64,000 bases of DNA. It comes from an uncultured Candidatus Micrarchaeota archaeon. Lineage in GTDB: Archaea > Micrarchaeota > Micrarchaeia > Anstonellales > Bilamarchaeaceae. This document shows positions 18,895-28,637 of this stretch, piece by piece. The notes under the pieces were generated by a model that made no database searches, was not told the DNA's origin, and saw only the letters and a program-made list of their open reading frames with translations. How positions within the stretch are numbered: position 1 is the first letter of the stretch; each line of letters opens with the position of its first letter. The position numbers and the translations under genes were made by a program. The stretch spans positions 43,735-107,734 of the forward strand of contig CAWDQD010000013.1 of assembly GCA_963804385.1 (NCBI GenBank), read 5' to 3'.

Positions 18895-19797
18895 ATGGAC
18901 GAATCGATCAAGCAGCTCGGAAAGGCGTTCTTGGTTACGGTCATCGTCCTCATAGTCCAGATAATCGGTTTCTATTACTCGAACAGCCTCGCGTTATTGG
19001 GAGACACGGCGCACGTTTTCTCTGACTTGCTGGCACTCGGTGCGTCGTTATGCGCGATGTGGCTCGCCTACCAGGCAGCGACCCCCCGGAGGACGTTCGG
19101 ATTCCACCGCGTGGAGGTTTTCGCCGCGCTATTCAACGGGTTATTGCTAGTCGTGATGGCGTTCTTCATAGCTTATGAGGCATTGCAGAGGCTCGGCGGC
19201 GTATATCCTGTAAACAGCCTTCCGATGATCATCACTTCACTAGTCGGCCTCGCAGGCAACGTATACGTGGCTTACAACCTCCAGCACGAGGAGAATCTGA
19301 ATGTCCGGAGCGCGTTCATACATGCGGCTGGAGACGCCCTATCATCGGTCGGAGTGCTTTTCGGCGCGATAATCATCATGTTCACGGGGCTTTTCGTCGT
19401 TGATGTCGCGGTCAGCCTGCTCATCGCCGTGCTCATACTCTTCAGCGCTTACACCATCCTGCGCGGCTCGTTCTCCATCCTCCTCGAATCCGCGCCATAC
19501 GAGGCCGGGGAGGACAAGATAACCGCGGCGGTCATGAAGATAGATGGCGTGGAAGGCGTGCACGACGTCCATGTATGGCGCACATGCTCGGACATGATAT
19601 TCGCCATGATGCACGTGGAGACCGGGAATGTGAAACTGATAGAGACGCGGATGCTATCGGAGAAAATAGAAGACATGCTGAACCATTCCTTTAGCATCAC
19701 GCACGCGACGATCCAGTTCGAGCCGGTCGGCTGCTCATGCGAGAACAAGGGGAAATGCGACATGCTGGCGCACAAGAAAAAGAAGCACGCTCACTAA
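18895..19797 (+). CDS. Cation diffusion facilitator (CDF) family metal efflux transporter
   Basis: Six predicted TM segments, metal-site motifs HVFSDLLALG and HAAGDALSSVG, a C-terminal cytoplasmic domain and a His-rich tail. Confidence 0.85.
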   Translation: MDESIKQLGKAFLVTVIVLIVQIIGFYYSNSLALLGDTAHVFSDLLALGASLCAMWLAYQAATPRRTFGFHRVEVFAALFNGLLLVVMAFFIAYEALQRLGGVYPVNSLPMIITSLVGLAGNVYVAYNLQHEENLNVRSAFIHAAGDALSSVGVLFGAIIIMFTGLFVVDVAVSLLIAVLILFSAYTILRGSFSILLESAPYEAGEDKITAAVMKIDGVEGVHDVHVWRTCSDMIFAMMHVETGNVKLIETRMLSEKIEDMLNHSFSITHATIQFEPVGCSCENKGKCDMLAHKKKKHAH

Positions 19798-21344
19798 TGC
19801 CTGAAATGCCGTATCCCGGTGAAGATCATGGTCATGCCGTGCTCGTCCGCTGCCCTTATGACGTCCGCGTCCTTTATCGAGCCGCCGGGCTGGATGACAG
19901 CGGTTATCCCTAGTTTCGCGGCGAAGTCTATGCCGTCCCGAAACGGGAAGAAGGCGTCGCTCGCCATCGCGCACCCGCGCAGCTCCTCGCCGTGGTCCTG
20001 CGCAATCATGGCCGCGAGCTTCGCGGCATCGATCCTCTTCATCTGCCCTGCACCGATGCCGACCGCGCGGCTCTCCCTCGCGTACACTATGGCGTTGGAT
20101 TTCACGTATTTCACTATCTTCCAGGCATAGAGCATGGCCGCCTTCTCCTTATCGGTCGGCTGGCGCTTGGTCACGACTTTCAGCTCTTCCAGCATCCTGA
20201 CATTGGCGCTCTGCGTGAGCAGCCCCCCGAGTATGCTGCGGTATTTCCGATATGGTTTTCTCGGGACGTCCAGCCCGGGGGTGTCCATCACGCGCATGTT
20301 CTTCTTCTGCTTGAGCACGTTCAGGGCGGCAGGATCGAAACCCGGCGCGATCACGATATCTACGAATTTGCTCGTTATCTCCCTGGCCATCCTCTCGTCG
20401 ACTACCCGATTGAGAGCCACGACGCCTCCGAAAGAGGCCTCGGGATCCACGGATTTGGCCTTCCTGAACGCCTCGACTATGTCTTCGTCCGAAGCAACGC
20501 CGCAGGGGTTGTTGTGCTTGACTATGACTCCGGTCGGGGCTTCGAACTCGCGGATGAGCTTGAACGCGGCGTTGCAGTCCAGGATGTTGTTGTAGGATAA
20601 TTCTTTTCCCTGCAACTGCTTGGCGTCGAGTATCGATGGGTTCTTGAAGAAATCGTCGCGGTAGACGCTGGCCCGCTGGTGCGGGTTCTCTCCATAGCGC
20701 AGCTCCTGCTTCTTCCTGAAAGTGAGGTTCAGGTACTCCGGGAACTCGTCCCCGTAGCCGAACTCCCGCCTGAAATACTGCTCTATCGAGACGTCGTAGT
20801 GCGCGACATGGTTCCACGCCTGGACGGCTAATCTTTCCAAGGTCTTGTGGGATAATGTACGGGAGCTCCTTTGCAGCTCATCGAGTATGGAATTGTAATC
20901 CCTCGGGTCGCAGACGACCGCGACGTTGCGGTAGTTCTTGGCTGCCGCGCGGATCAATGTCGGGCCCCCGATGTCTATGTTCTCGATCATCTCCTCGATC
21001 TGCGCGCCCTTCATGACGGTCTGCTCGAAGGGGTAGAGGTTGACTATGACCAGGTCGATCGGGTCTATGCCCAATTCCTTTATCTCCATCATGTGCTTGT
21101 GGTTCATGCGGTCTGCCAGGATGCCGCCGTGGATCTTCGGATGTAAAGTTTTCACGCGTCCGTCCAGGATCTCCGGGGAGCCGGTCACTGCTGAGACTTC
21201 TTTCACTTTCACATGGTTCTGGGAGAGGATTTTCGCTGTGCCACCGCTGGAGATTATCTCTATTCCAAGATCAGATAAGGCTCGGCCTAATTCGACTATG
21301 CCTTCCTTGTTGTGAACGCTTATTAGTGCCCGCCTCACCTGCAT
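19794..21344 (-). CDS. purH: Bifunctional AICAR transformylase / IMP cyclohydrolase
   Basis: 516 aa. The N-terminal MGS-like RALISVHNKEGIVELGR, GGTAK, LHPKIHGGIL and the overall sequence are typical of PurH. Confidence 0.92.
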   Translation of the reverse strand: MQVRRALISVHNKEGIVELGRALSDLGIEIISSGGTAKILSQNHVKVKEVSAVTGSPEILDGRVKTLHPKIHGGILADRMNHKHMMEIKELGIDPIDLVIVNLYPFEQTVMKGAQIEEMIENIDIGGPTLIRAAAKNYRNVAVVCDPRDYNSILDELQRSSRTLSHKTLERLAVQAWNHVAHYDVSIEQYFRREFGYGDEFPEYLNLTFRKKQELRYGENPHQRASVYRDDFFKNPSILDAKQLQGKELSYNNILDCNAAFKLIREFEAPTGVIVKHNNPCGVASDEDIVEAFRKAKSVDPEASFGGVVALNRVVDERMAREITSKFVDIVIAPGFDPAALNVLKQKKNMRVMDTPGLDVPRKPYRKYRSILGGLLTQSANVRMLEELKVVTKRQPTDKEKAAMLYAWKIVKYVKSNAIVYARESRAVGIGAGQMKRIDAAKLAAMIAQDHGEELRGCAMASDAFFPFRDGIDFAAKLGITAVIQPGGSIKDADVIRAADEHGMTMIFTGIRHFRH

Positions 21345-21478
21345 AAAGCGCCTCTCGCCTGGATTGAATTGAAATTAAAGAAACAGTTAACTGATATGGT
21401 GTCCTTGGGTTATAAAGGCTTATGGTTTGGGACGGAAAATAGACGGAAAGAATGGATTGACGAATATATTTTCATCCG

Positions 21479-22327
21479 CTATTCTATCTCCGTCTTTATC
21501 TTATCCAATACCTCGTCCGGGGCCCCGAACGCTCCGAGCTTCTGGCCTTTGGCCGCCCCATGGAAATCAGAGCCGCCGCTCATCAGGAAGCCGCCTACCG
21601 AAGCGAGTGCTTGCACGTGCGCTACATGCTCCTCGTTCTGCGCTTCGTTGAGGTTGGCTTCGGGCATGTTGGTGATGTAATCATAATAGACTTCCAGCCC
21701 GTCGCCGTCCGCGTACTCGAAATCGGCAACCAGCTTGTCCAGATCGTATCTGTAGATGAACGGATGGGCCAGGAACGCCAATCCCCCGGCTGAATGGATG
21801 AGAGAGATGGCTTCCTCCAAGGAGAAACCTATCGGCCGGTCCACGTATGCGGGCTTGCCGTTGCCGAGCAGCTTGTCGAAAGCGGACTGGACGGTCGGGA
21901 AATCGTTAGGGTACTTCTCCACCAAAACCTGCGCTATGTGCGGCCGCCCTATGCTGCCTTTGGCCTTGGCTTTCACTTCTTTGAATGGAATCTCATAACT
22001 CAGTTCCTTGAGTTTGGCGATTATAGCTTTCTTCTGGTTCTCACGCTCGGTCTTGATGGATTTCAGCTTCTTGTTGAGGCCCTTGTCCTCCGGGTCTATA
22101 TACAATCCGAGGATGTGGATATCCATGTAGTTTTTGTCGAATATGGATAATTCGATGCCCCGGATCACTTCCATGGGCTCTTTGCCGGTTATCTTGGCTG
22201 CGCTCATGACGGTGTCGTGGTCTGTGACCGCTATCGCCTTGAGGCCCGCTGACTTGGCTTCCGCCACCAGCTCCTCTAATGATAGCGAGCCGTCGGACGC
22301 TGTCGTGTGCGTATGTAGGTCTATCAT
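21479..22327 (-). CDS. PHP-domain metal-dependent phosphoesterase (TrpH/YciV-like)
   Basis: Trimmed to the only ATG, giving MIDLHTHTTASDGS (PHP motif I). AVTDHD and a C-terminal GGSDFHG are also present. Confidence 0.8.
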   Translation of the reverse strand: MIDLHTHTTASDGSLSLEELVAEAKSAGLKAIAVTDHDTVMSAAKITGKEPMEVIRGIELSIFDKNYMDIHILGLYIDPEDKGLNKKLKSIKTERENQKKAIIAKLKELSYEIPFKEVKAKAKGSIGRPHIAQVLVEKYPNDFPTVQSAFDKLLGNGKPAYVDRPIGFSLEEAISLIHSAGGLAFLAHPFIYRYDLDKLVADFEYADGDGLEVYYDYITNMPEANLNEAQNEEHVAHVQALASVGGFLMSGGSDFHGAAKGQKLGAFGAPDEVLDKIKTEIE

Positions 22328-22407
22328 CGGAATCACCAACTGATACAAGATAAATAAAGCTATCCAATCCGTTTATAATATTTAGTCAGTAGAATGGATT
22401 TGCTTTT

Positions 22408-22501
22408 GCCTCAGTAGTGTAGAGCACTTTCCAGTGCGCACGATGGTTCAGCATACGAGACTGTCACTCTCGCGACCCGGGTTCGAATCCCGGCTGAGGC
22501 G
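22408..22501 (+). tRNA. tRNA-Asp (anticodon GUC) with a ~20-nt insertion (putative non-canonical intron) in the D-loop
   Basis: Acceptor GCCTCAG/CTGAGGC with discriminator G. D stem GTGT/GCAT. Anticodon arm CGAGA-CTGTCAC-TCTCG. T arm CCGGG-TTCGAAT-CCCGG. The D-loop is 30 nt (22421-22450) instead of about 8-11 nt and contains the hairpin GCAC-tttcca-GTGC. TATA gtttataata lies about 30 nt upstream. Confidence 0.65.
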
Positions 22502-22572
22502 CTTTTTGTTTTTCCGCGCGATGACTACAAAACAGACGCGACTTTTATAAAGAATAGGCGTATGCTATCATA

Positions 22573-23340
22573 ATGAATTTCAATCTGCATATCGACGAAT
22601 ATGCTGATAGATACAAAAGTAGACCGCAGCTAATCCGAGCACTCACCGAAGATTGGTTTTCCGATGAGATGTATTGCCCCAACTGTCTTTCCGAAGTCGA
22701 ACAATTTCCTGCAAATTCGAAAACAAAGGATTTTTTCTGTTCAAACTGCGCCCATACGTTTGAACTCAAGAGCCATGCCGCAAATTTCCCTAGGACTATC
22801 CCCGATGGGGCGTATGAAACATTAATTGCGAACATTCAATCAAACCATGCACCAGATTTTTTCTTCCTTTGTTATGATGCAAAATGGCAAGTGTCTGATT
22901 TGTTTCTCGTACCCAGATTTTTCCTGAATCGCTCGGTTATTGAAAAACGTCCGCCATTGTCTAGTACAGCAAGGAGGGCAGGTTGGGTCGGGTGCAACAT
23001 TAAACTTGATAGGATTCCTTTCGCTGGCAGGATCGATGTTTTGAAGAATTACACTGAGACGAAACCAAATGACGTGCAAAAGAAATACAAAAAAGCAATT
23101 TTTCTGGATGAGAAAGATATTTCGCAAAAAGGCTGGTTTTCAGATATGCTACGTTGCGTACAGACTTATCATAACACTTTCAGTCTGGAACAGTTTTACC
23201 ACGATTTCGAAGATGAATTACAGGGATTACATCCAGATAACAGACATCTTAAGGACAAGATTCGCCAGCAGTTGCAGGTTCTTCGTGATAAGGGCTTCTT
23301 ACGGTTTTCTGGACGAGGTACATACGTTTTGTTCAAGTAA
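22573..23340 (+). CDS. DpnI-like methyl-directed (G-m6A-TC) type IIM restriction endonuclease
   Basis: Colinear with my recollection of DpnI. N-terminal ...RALTEDWFSDEMYCPNCLSE...DFFCSNCAHTFELKSH, then IPDGAYETLI, PLSSTARRAGWVGCNIKLDRIP, and a C-terminal winged helix KDKIRQQLQVLRDKGFLRFSGRGTY. The gene is visibly AT-richer than its neighbours. Confidence 0.8.
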   Translation: MNFNLHIDEYADRYKSRPQLIRALTEDWFSDEMYCPNCLSEVEQFPANSKTKDFFCSNCAHTFELKSHAANFPRTIPDGAYETLIANIQSNHAPDFFFLCYDAKWQVSDLFLVPRFFLNRSVIEKRPPLSSTARRAGWVGCNIKLDRIPFAGRIDVLKNYTETKPNDVQKKYKKAIFLDEKDISQKGWFSDMLRCVQTYHNTFSLEQFYHDFEDELQGLHPDNRHLKDKIRQQLQVLRDKGFLRFSGRGTYVLFK

Positions 23341-23355
23341 GGTTTTTTACCTCTG

Positions 23356-23541
23356 CTACTCGATACAGATATTGCCCGGGCCGGCGATCTTCATCCACTG
23401 ACAGTTGCCATCGATGAACTCATCGGCGTAAGTTTGGGCGTCCATTTTCGGAGGAAGATGAATAAGGCGTACATTGCTGTCGTTGAAGTCCAAGACGGCT
23501 ATCCACCCGTTTTCCTTTACCGATTTGCTTTTCACGCTCAT
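23356..23541 (-). CDS. Small hypothetical protein (61 aa), last gene of the minus-strand operon
   Basis: ORF only. It lies 48 nt downstream of the ATPase gene on the same strand. Confidence 0.3.
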   Translation of the reverse strand: MSVKSKSVKENGWIAVLDFNDSNVRLIHLPPKMDAQTYADEFIDGNCQWMKIAGPGNICIE

Positions 23542-23589
23542 TGTCTTTCACCTCTTCTCAAAATACTCTTTTAGAAGAGCATTGACTAA

Positions 23590-25815
23590 TCAAATCTCCA
23601 CTTTCATATACTCGTCTTTCTCCCATCTTATTTTCTTTATAGCGTCCAAAACGCCAGGGTCCCACGAAACCCAAGTGAGCGGCAATCCGTTCTTCTCGGC
23701 CCGCTCAGCATGGTCAAGTATGACACGCCTAATCGCAGTTGTCTGAATCTCGTAACCTCGCCTTCCGAGGTTGTTCCATAGATAATTTTTCTTCGTGTTA
23801 ATAGGATAGGCTATAAGGTCTACGGAGTCGACCATCTTTTTGCCTGCTCCATTCGGTTCTGGAACGACCACTAGCATGTATTTTTTCTGGAGATCCTTTA
23901 TAGTCTGGACCAGCATGCGCTCATGCAGTGTCGAACCGATCCGGCTCCGGTCCGTATCAAGGATCCTGTCGGCATCGACCCATTTGAGCCCCTTGTCGGT
24001 CAGAGCGTACTTGCTATCGTTCTCGACTGCAAGCCCCAGCCCGAGCAGATTATTGAGTATCCCGGGAGAGCTTGGTACCCCATATACCGTCGCCTTGTTT
24101 TTCACTATCCCGAATCCCAGAATAAGTTTGACCAAGTCAGCCCTGGGTTTCCCAGGATTATAATATATCGCCAAAAGCCCCAGGTACATCGGAGGCGTGG
24201 GCATATCTCTAGGCGGAGACGAAGGCAGCTCCGAAATCCCCCCAGGCACACTCGTTCCGCCCATATCTATCGGCAATTCAGGCTCTTTTATCTCGGATGG
24301 GAAGAAAGCGGTCTCGTGCAATCGACCCAGTTCGGAATCGTCGAGCGGTTTTATCTTGACGTAATCCCCGAAGTGCTGGCCTTTGGCTGCACGGACCTGG
24401 TCGAACACGAACGCTTCGCCAATCCCAGCGGTCCCCAGATAAGCGCTCTCCAGGTCCTTGAACCCGAATATCCTCTTGGCGCTGTCCAGGAAATCGGCGT
24501 CCTTGTAGCTGTGGACGACGCGGATAGCGCTGGAGTTGGTGAACGATTTGGGCAGATCCTCGAGCTGCTGCGTGCTGACGATCATGCCGAAGCCGTATTT
24601 CCTTCCCAACCGCACGATGCGGCTGGGCAGAGGCTCGTAGACCTGGATGTCGTCCCTCTGGTTCTGCAATACGGCCCATGCGTCATCGAAAACAACGAGC
24701 AGCCTCATCTTCTCCGGCTGGCCCTCGAAGTATTCGACTATCCTCTGGAATATGGAGTAGGAGACGGTGGATTTCTCGATCTGGTTCAATCCGGCCAAAC
24801 TGACCACATTGTTCCGGGTGAGCATCCCGTCCCAGAACTCCTCCGGTTCGGTCCCGAAAACCCGCTGCACCGTGCGTAGCCTTTGGTCTATCCAGTTGGC
24901 GTACTGCCGCTGCTCCGGGCTCAGTTTCCTGTCCTTGGATCTGCGGTCCACGTCCTGCCAGATGTCGAGCAAAGAGGGCGTCTGGTTCTTCTGATAGTAG
25001 GATATAGCGATCGTGCGCAGCATGTTGGACTGCAATGGCGTGAGCTTAGCGCCGAACTGGAATAATTCGGATATGCTTGAGACCCTGTCAGCGACAGAAG
25101 CGCCGCGAAGCAGAAACGGATTTATCTTGAAGTGCTTGCCTGCCTTCCAGACGGTCGCGTTTATCTTGGAACCCCACTCTTCGCTCTCTCCGTTCCAGTC
25201 CAATATGAGGAATTTTGTCCCATACGCCAGGGCCGAGCGTATCAGGAACGCACGCAACGTCGTGGTCTTCCCTGAGCCTGAGCCGCCTAATATTATAGCA
25301 TGGGGATTCGGCTCGGCTAGGTAATCCAGGACGAATTCCCGGGTCTCGCCGACCATGAGGGGCTTGTTATAACCGTCCTGCCGCTCGCCTGATAGCGTAT
25401 ATTCGCGGGTGTCTAGATAGTGCTTGAACGCCGTGCCCAGATGTATGCCAGCCGCCTTGTCCTTCTTTGTCTTCAGGCCGCTGTAGTAGTGGAACCTGAA
25501 TATCAGAAGGGATAGCGCTACGACGACGCAGGCCAGGAAGAGGAAGAGCGCGAGGCTCGCCGCGATGCCGAATAAGAGGGAGAAGATGAAATACGGGATG
25601 GCGGCCAGACCCGCGAAGATGATGAGTATTAGTAAAGTATAGATGAGATGCATCCTGAACTGCGGGGTGGTATGCCATCGCGCGGTCTCGGGCTTGACCC
25701 GGCCATGCAGGTCATTGATGGCGTCGCTGGCATCCATCTTCACTTCGACTGCCATGCGTGATAGCTTCTTCTGGGCCTTCGGCTTGACAACAGGGATATC
25801 GTTCTTATCCGCCAT
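23590..25815 (-). CDS. Membrane-anchored HerA/VirB4/FtsK-superfamily ATPase (DUF87-like) with a C-terminal wHTH and a PD-(D/E)xK-like module
   Basis: N-terminal hydrophobic hairpin(s) LIYTLLILIIFAGLAAIPYFIF...LFLFLACVVVALSLLIF. Walker A ILGGSGSGKTTT, Walker B LLVVFDDAW, and the HerA-type LGRKYGFGMIVSTQQLEDLP. The C-terminal ~150 aa contains LHERMLV...VDLIAYP...GYEIQTT, an E..D..ExQ nuclease-like pattern. Confidence 0.8.
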   Translation of the reverse strand: MADKNDIPVVKPKAQKKLSRMAVEVKMDASDAINDLHGRVKPETARWHTTPQFRMHLIYTLLILIIFAGLAAIPYFIFSLLFGIAASLALFLFLACVVVALSLLIFRFHYYSGLKTKKDKAAGIHLGTAFKHYLDTREYTLSGERQDGYNKPLMVGETREFVLDYLAEPNPHAIILGGSGSGKTTTLRAFLIRSALAYGTKFLILDWNGESEEWGSKINATVWKAGKHFKINPFLLRGASVADRVSSISELFQFGAKLTPLQSNMLRTIAISYYQKNQTPSLLDIWQDVDRRSKDRKLSPEQRQYANWIDQRLRTVQRVFGTEPEEFWDGMLTRNNVVSLAGLNQIEKSTVSYSIFQRIVEYFEGQPEKMRLLVVFDDAWAVLQNQRDDIQVYEPLPSRIVRLGRKYGFGMIVSTQQLEDLPKSFTNSSAIRVVHSYKDADFLDSAKRIFGFKDLESAYLGTAGIGEAFVFDQVRAAKGQHFGDYVKIKPLDDSELGRLHETAFFPSEIKEPELPIDMGGTSVPGGISELPSSPPRDMPTPPMYLGLLAIYYNPGKPRADLVKLILGFGIVKNKATVYGVPSSPGILNNLLGLGLAVENDSKYALTDKGLKWVDADRILDTDRSRIGSTLHERMLVQTIKDLQKKYMLVVVPEPNGAGKKMVDSVDLIAYPINTKKNYLWNNLGRRGYEIQTTAIRRVILDHAERAEKNGLPLTWVSWDPGVLDAIKKIRWEKDEYMKVEI

Positions 25816-25848
25816 TAACCCCCCATAGATTATTGCCCAATCGGGGAT

Positions 25849-26847
25849 TTAAGGGTTCGTTTTCTTGAAATAATCGAGCGGGATTATGGCGATGGCCGAG
25901 TTGACCCAGCCGTGGAGGTAGTCGGATATCGGCTGCGAGGTTATGTCTCCGTTCCCGATGTGCGATTGGGATATGGTCGGTTTCCCGTTTATGTTACCGG
26001 AATAGACGGAGGTGTGCCCCACGATGAACGGGGTTCCCAAAGGCCGGTCCTTGTCCTTCAGCTTCGATGTGTCGATCACTTGGTTGTTGGCATCCAGCCA
26101 GATCACCTTGTCGTGCTCCTTGGCCTCCCATTCCCGCGATTCCTTCATGTTTCCGAAATGCTTCTCATCTAGGAAAATGACCACGTCCCCTTCCCTGGCC
26201 TCTTTCGCGAATTCATCCACCCCGTCCTTGTAGGAGACGCCCCTGAAGGCGTTCGGCTTGGCGAGTTTCGGCTTAAGCTCGAGGGTCGCTTTCCCTGCGG
26301 CCAGCGCTTCGTTGAGCTCGACGCCCGTGTCGGGATTGACCACCCGCACGTCGTTATTGGTAGTAATCGACCGGTTCACGAACTGCAGGCAGTCCTGCGG
26401 ATTCCCCAGGGTGACCGGACCGGTCAGCTCGGCGTTGTTCTCGGCTGCGACCAGTCTTATCACGCGGACCGCTTCGCTTAGCCACCCCTTATCCTGCTCG
26501 GTCGCCTTGTTGGCATCCAACCGGGCGACCATATCCGGAGGGACGACGACGGGATATGCGATCTGGGCGGTATTCCCGTTCTGCGTCTGCTCGGCCACCA
26601 GGAAATACTTGCCTGCCTTCCGGTCTTTTTCCTCCTGCGGACCAAGGAGGTCCAGCTGCGCGCCTATGAACTCCCTTTTCTGTATGGGGACGCCGTCCAC
26701 GTTCGCGAGCGGCTTGGCTGAATTGTGGTTGAGGACCAGCTTGATGTTCCGGTCTGTCTGCATCCTCGCTCCATCGTTCGCAGGCTCGTGCGCGATGGGA
26801 TATTTCGGAGCTTTCTGCGCTTCCACGACGGGAACGGGTGCTGGCAT
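25849..26847 (-). CDS. Hypothetical protein (332 aa), middle gene of the operon
   Basis: Long ORF with 33-nt gaps to both neighbours on the same strand. I recognised no confident motif. Confidence 0.6.
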   Translation of the reverse strand: MPAPVPVVEAQKAPKYPIAHEPANDGARMQTDRNIKLVLNHNSAKPLANVDGVPIQKREFIGAQLDLLGPQEEKDRKAGKYFLVAEQTQNGNTAQIAYPVVVPPDMVARLDANKATEQDKGWLSEAVRVIRLVAAENNAELTGPVTLGNPQDCLQFVNRSITTNNDVRVVNPDTGVELNEALAAGKATLELKPKLAKPNAFRGVSYKDGVDEFAKEAREGDVVIFLDEKHFGNMKESREWEAKEHDKVIWLDANNQVIDTSKLKDKDRPLGTPFIVGHTSVYSGNINGKPTISQSHIGNGDITSQPISDYLHGWVNSAIAIIPLDYFKKTNP

Positions 26848-26879
26848 GAATCATGATTCGCATTGAAAAATTATTAAAT

Positions 26880-28637
26880 TCATTGGCAGGCGCCGCTGTT
26901 CGTCCCGGTCTCCCCGGGCGGGCAGCAGAATCCGTTCCCGTTCGAATCCGCCCACGCCCCGTCGCCCGGAGCGCAGCAGAAGCCCTTCCCGTTGTTGTCC
27001 ACGTAGTTCCCGTATCCCGAATCGCAGCAGTAGCTGTCCCCGTTGCCGTCCACGTGGCCTGTCCCGCCGGAGCTGCACGAGAAGCATGCGCCGGAATCAG
27101 AATTGCAAAACGGATAGGCAGACGTGCAGCCGCAGTAAGAGCATTTGGGCACTAGCTCACCTGAGGAGCAGTATCCTCCGGCCAATGAGGAGGAGCAGGA
27201 GCCGTACGGAGTGCCGTCCTGGCAGGCGAGTAACGGTACGAACTCGCTCCAGTTACTGTAAGCTGGCAGGCTCTGCAATTCGTTTATGTCTATCGCGAAG
27301 CCGATGCCCGGCGCGCTCCCGGTATAGCCCAGGGTGTTTATGCCTATCAATGACCCGTCGCTGGTGAGGAACAACCCGCCGCCGCTGTTGCCGTGGTTTA
27401 TCGCGGCATCCGTCTGGATGTATTTGGTCCCGCTATTTTGCACGAAATTCGAGATTATGCCGTTGGTGACCGTGTTCTGGAGGCCCAGCGGAGAGCCTAT
27501 CGCGACCACGGTCGCGCCTTGCGATTCGTTCTCGTTTCTTATCATCGCCGGTTCCCCGTAGGTCCCATGCACGTATATGACGGCCAGGTCTATGCCGTAG
27601 GGTGCCACACGGATGTCCGATGCGGTGGCGGTCTTCTGGTCCTCGGTCTCGATCAGCACGTTGGCGATCCCGGACGACTCGTTCACCACATGGTCATTCG
27701 TGAGTATCACCGTCTGGCCGTTCCCCTGGCTGAGGATCACGCCCGAGCCGCTGTCCACGCCGGGCACCTCCACGTAGACCACGCTCTTCTGGGCCGCGGA
27801 GATTATCTGCTCGGTCTGCTGCTCCTGGGTTATGCATGAATCGTTGCTGCAGATCAGCCCCTGGCCGCAGCCGCAGTCCGCGCAGTCGAATACGAGTTTT
27901 TCCTGCTCATCGCAGAGATAGCTCACCTGCGAGCAATGCCCGACCACCGTGCCATCGGAGCACGAGCGGGGGACCACGCTTATCGGAGCGGCCGCATCAG
28001 ACGGGAGATAGAAGCCGTCGCCTTCGAATCTCGCCGGTATGGATTGCATGCCGGTCTCGTTGAAGGACACGCTGGTCTGCGCGATGCCCGATGCATCCGT
28101 CCGGGCGCCGTATGACCCGATCAAGACGGTCTCGTTGGATAGCGGGACGCCTCTCGAATCCGCGAGCGTGGCGTTTATCAGCACTCCGGTCGCGTCCTGG
28201 GCCTGCGCAGGGACGGAAAGCCGTATGGATGTCGGTATGTATACAGGGACCGACGCGCTCCCGGAATCATTCTTGTGGAATATGTCGCCGGAATAGACGA
28301 TTGAGAGGTCGATCATCTTCCCGCACCAATCGGGTTTTACCTCCTGCGTGGAGGAGAAGCGGCCGTTCTGGTCTGTGTTGAGTTTCTCCAGCAGGACTCC
28401 GTCCACATACGTCGATGTCGGCCCGGATACGCCTCGGCCGTCGCTGCCGGTCAACTGCACGGAATATGAGAGCGAGCCGCCGCAGGTAGCGTTCGCATTC
28501 GCTGAAAGCTGGACAGGGGATTGGAAGACGCCCAAGAAAGCGAGCAAAACGATCAATGCGAGGATTAGGATGACGACTGCGGATATGCCGACTATCCCTT
28601 CAGCCAATAGGACGAAAATTTGCGGCTTCTTAGGCAT
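26880..28637 (-). CDS. Membrane-anchored extracellular trypsin-like (S1, HtrA/DegP-type core) serine protease with Cys-rich modules
   Basis: Start set to MPKKPQIF, about 27 nt from the TATA cattataaac (an alternative ATG is at 28649). It has one N-terminal TM segment. The catalytic triad context is LTNDHVV, IDLAVIYV and AINHGNSGGGLF. Two Cys-rich segments are present, including a C-terminal CSYCGC...CFSCSSGG...FCCAPG...FCCPPG. Confidence 0.8.
   Translation of the reverse strand: MPKKPQIFVLLAEGIVGISAVVILILALIVLLAFLGVFQSPVQLSANANATCGGSLSYSVQLTGSDGRGVSGPTSTYVDGVLLEKLNTDQNGRFSSTQEVKPDWCGKMIDLSIVYSGDIFHKNDSGSASVPVYIPTSIRLSVPAQAQDATGVLINATLADSRGVPLSNETVLIGSYGARTDASGIAQTSVSFNETGMQSIPARFEGDGFYLPSDAAAPISVVPRSCSDGTVVGHCSQVSYLCDEQEKLVFDCADCGCGQGLICSNDSCITQEQQTEQIISAAQKSVVYVEVPGVDSGSGVILSQGNGQTVILTNDHVVNESSGIANVLIETEDQKTATASDIRVAPYGIDLAVIYVHGTYGEPAMIRNENESQGATVVAIGSPLGLQNTVTNGIISNFVQNSGTKYIQTDAAINHGNSGGGLFLTSDGSLIGINTLGYTGSAPGIGFAIDINELQSLPAYSNWSEFVPLLACQDGTPYGSCSSSLAGGYCSSGELVPKCSYCGCTSAYPFCNSDSGACFSCSSGGTGHVDGNGDSYCCDSGYGNYVDNNGKGFCCAPGDGAWADSNGNGFCCPPGETGTNSGACQ

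Noticed and set aside
26940-26949. A short match (gttcgaatcc) to the T-arm of tRNA-Asp, considered as a possible attR marking the end of an element integrated at the tRNA.
   Set aside because: Only about 10-12 nt match, and the site is inside the protease coding region. No integrase is present, so this is most likely chance.
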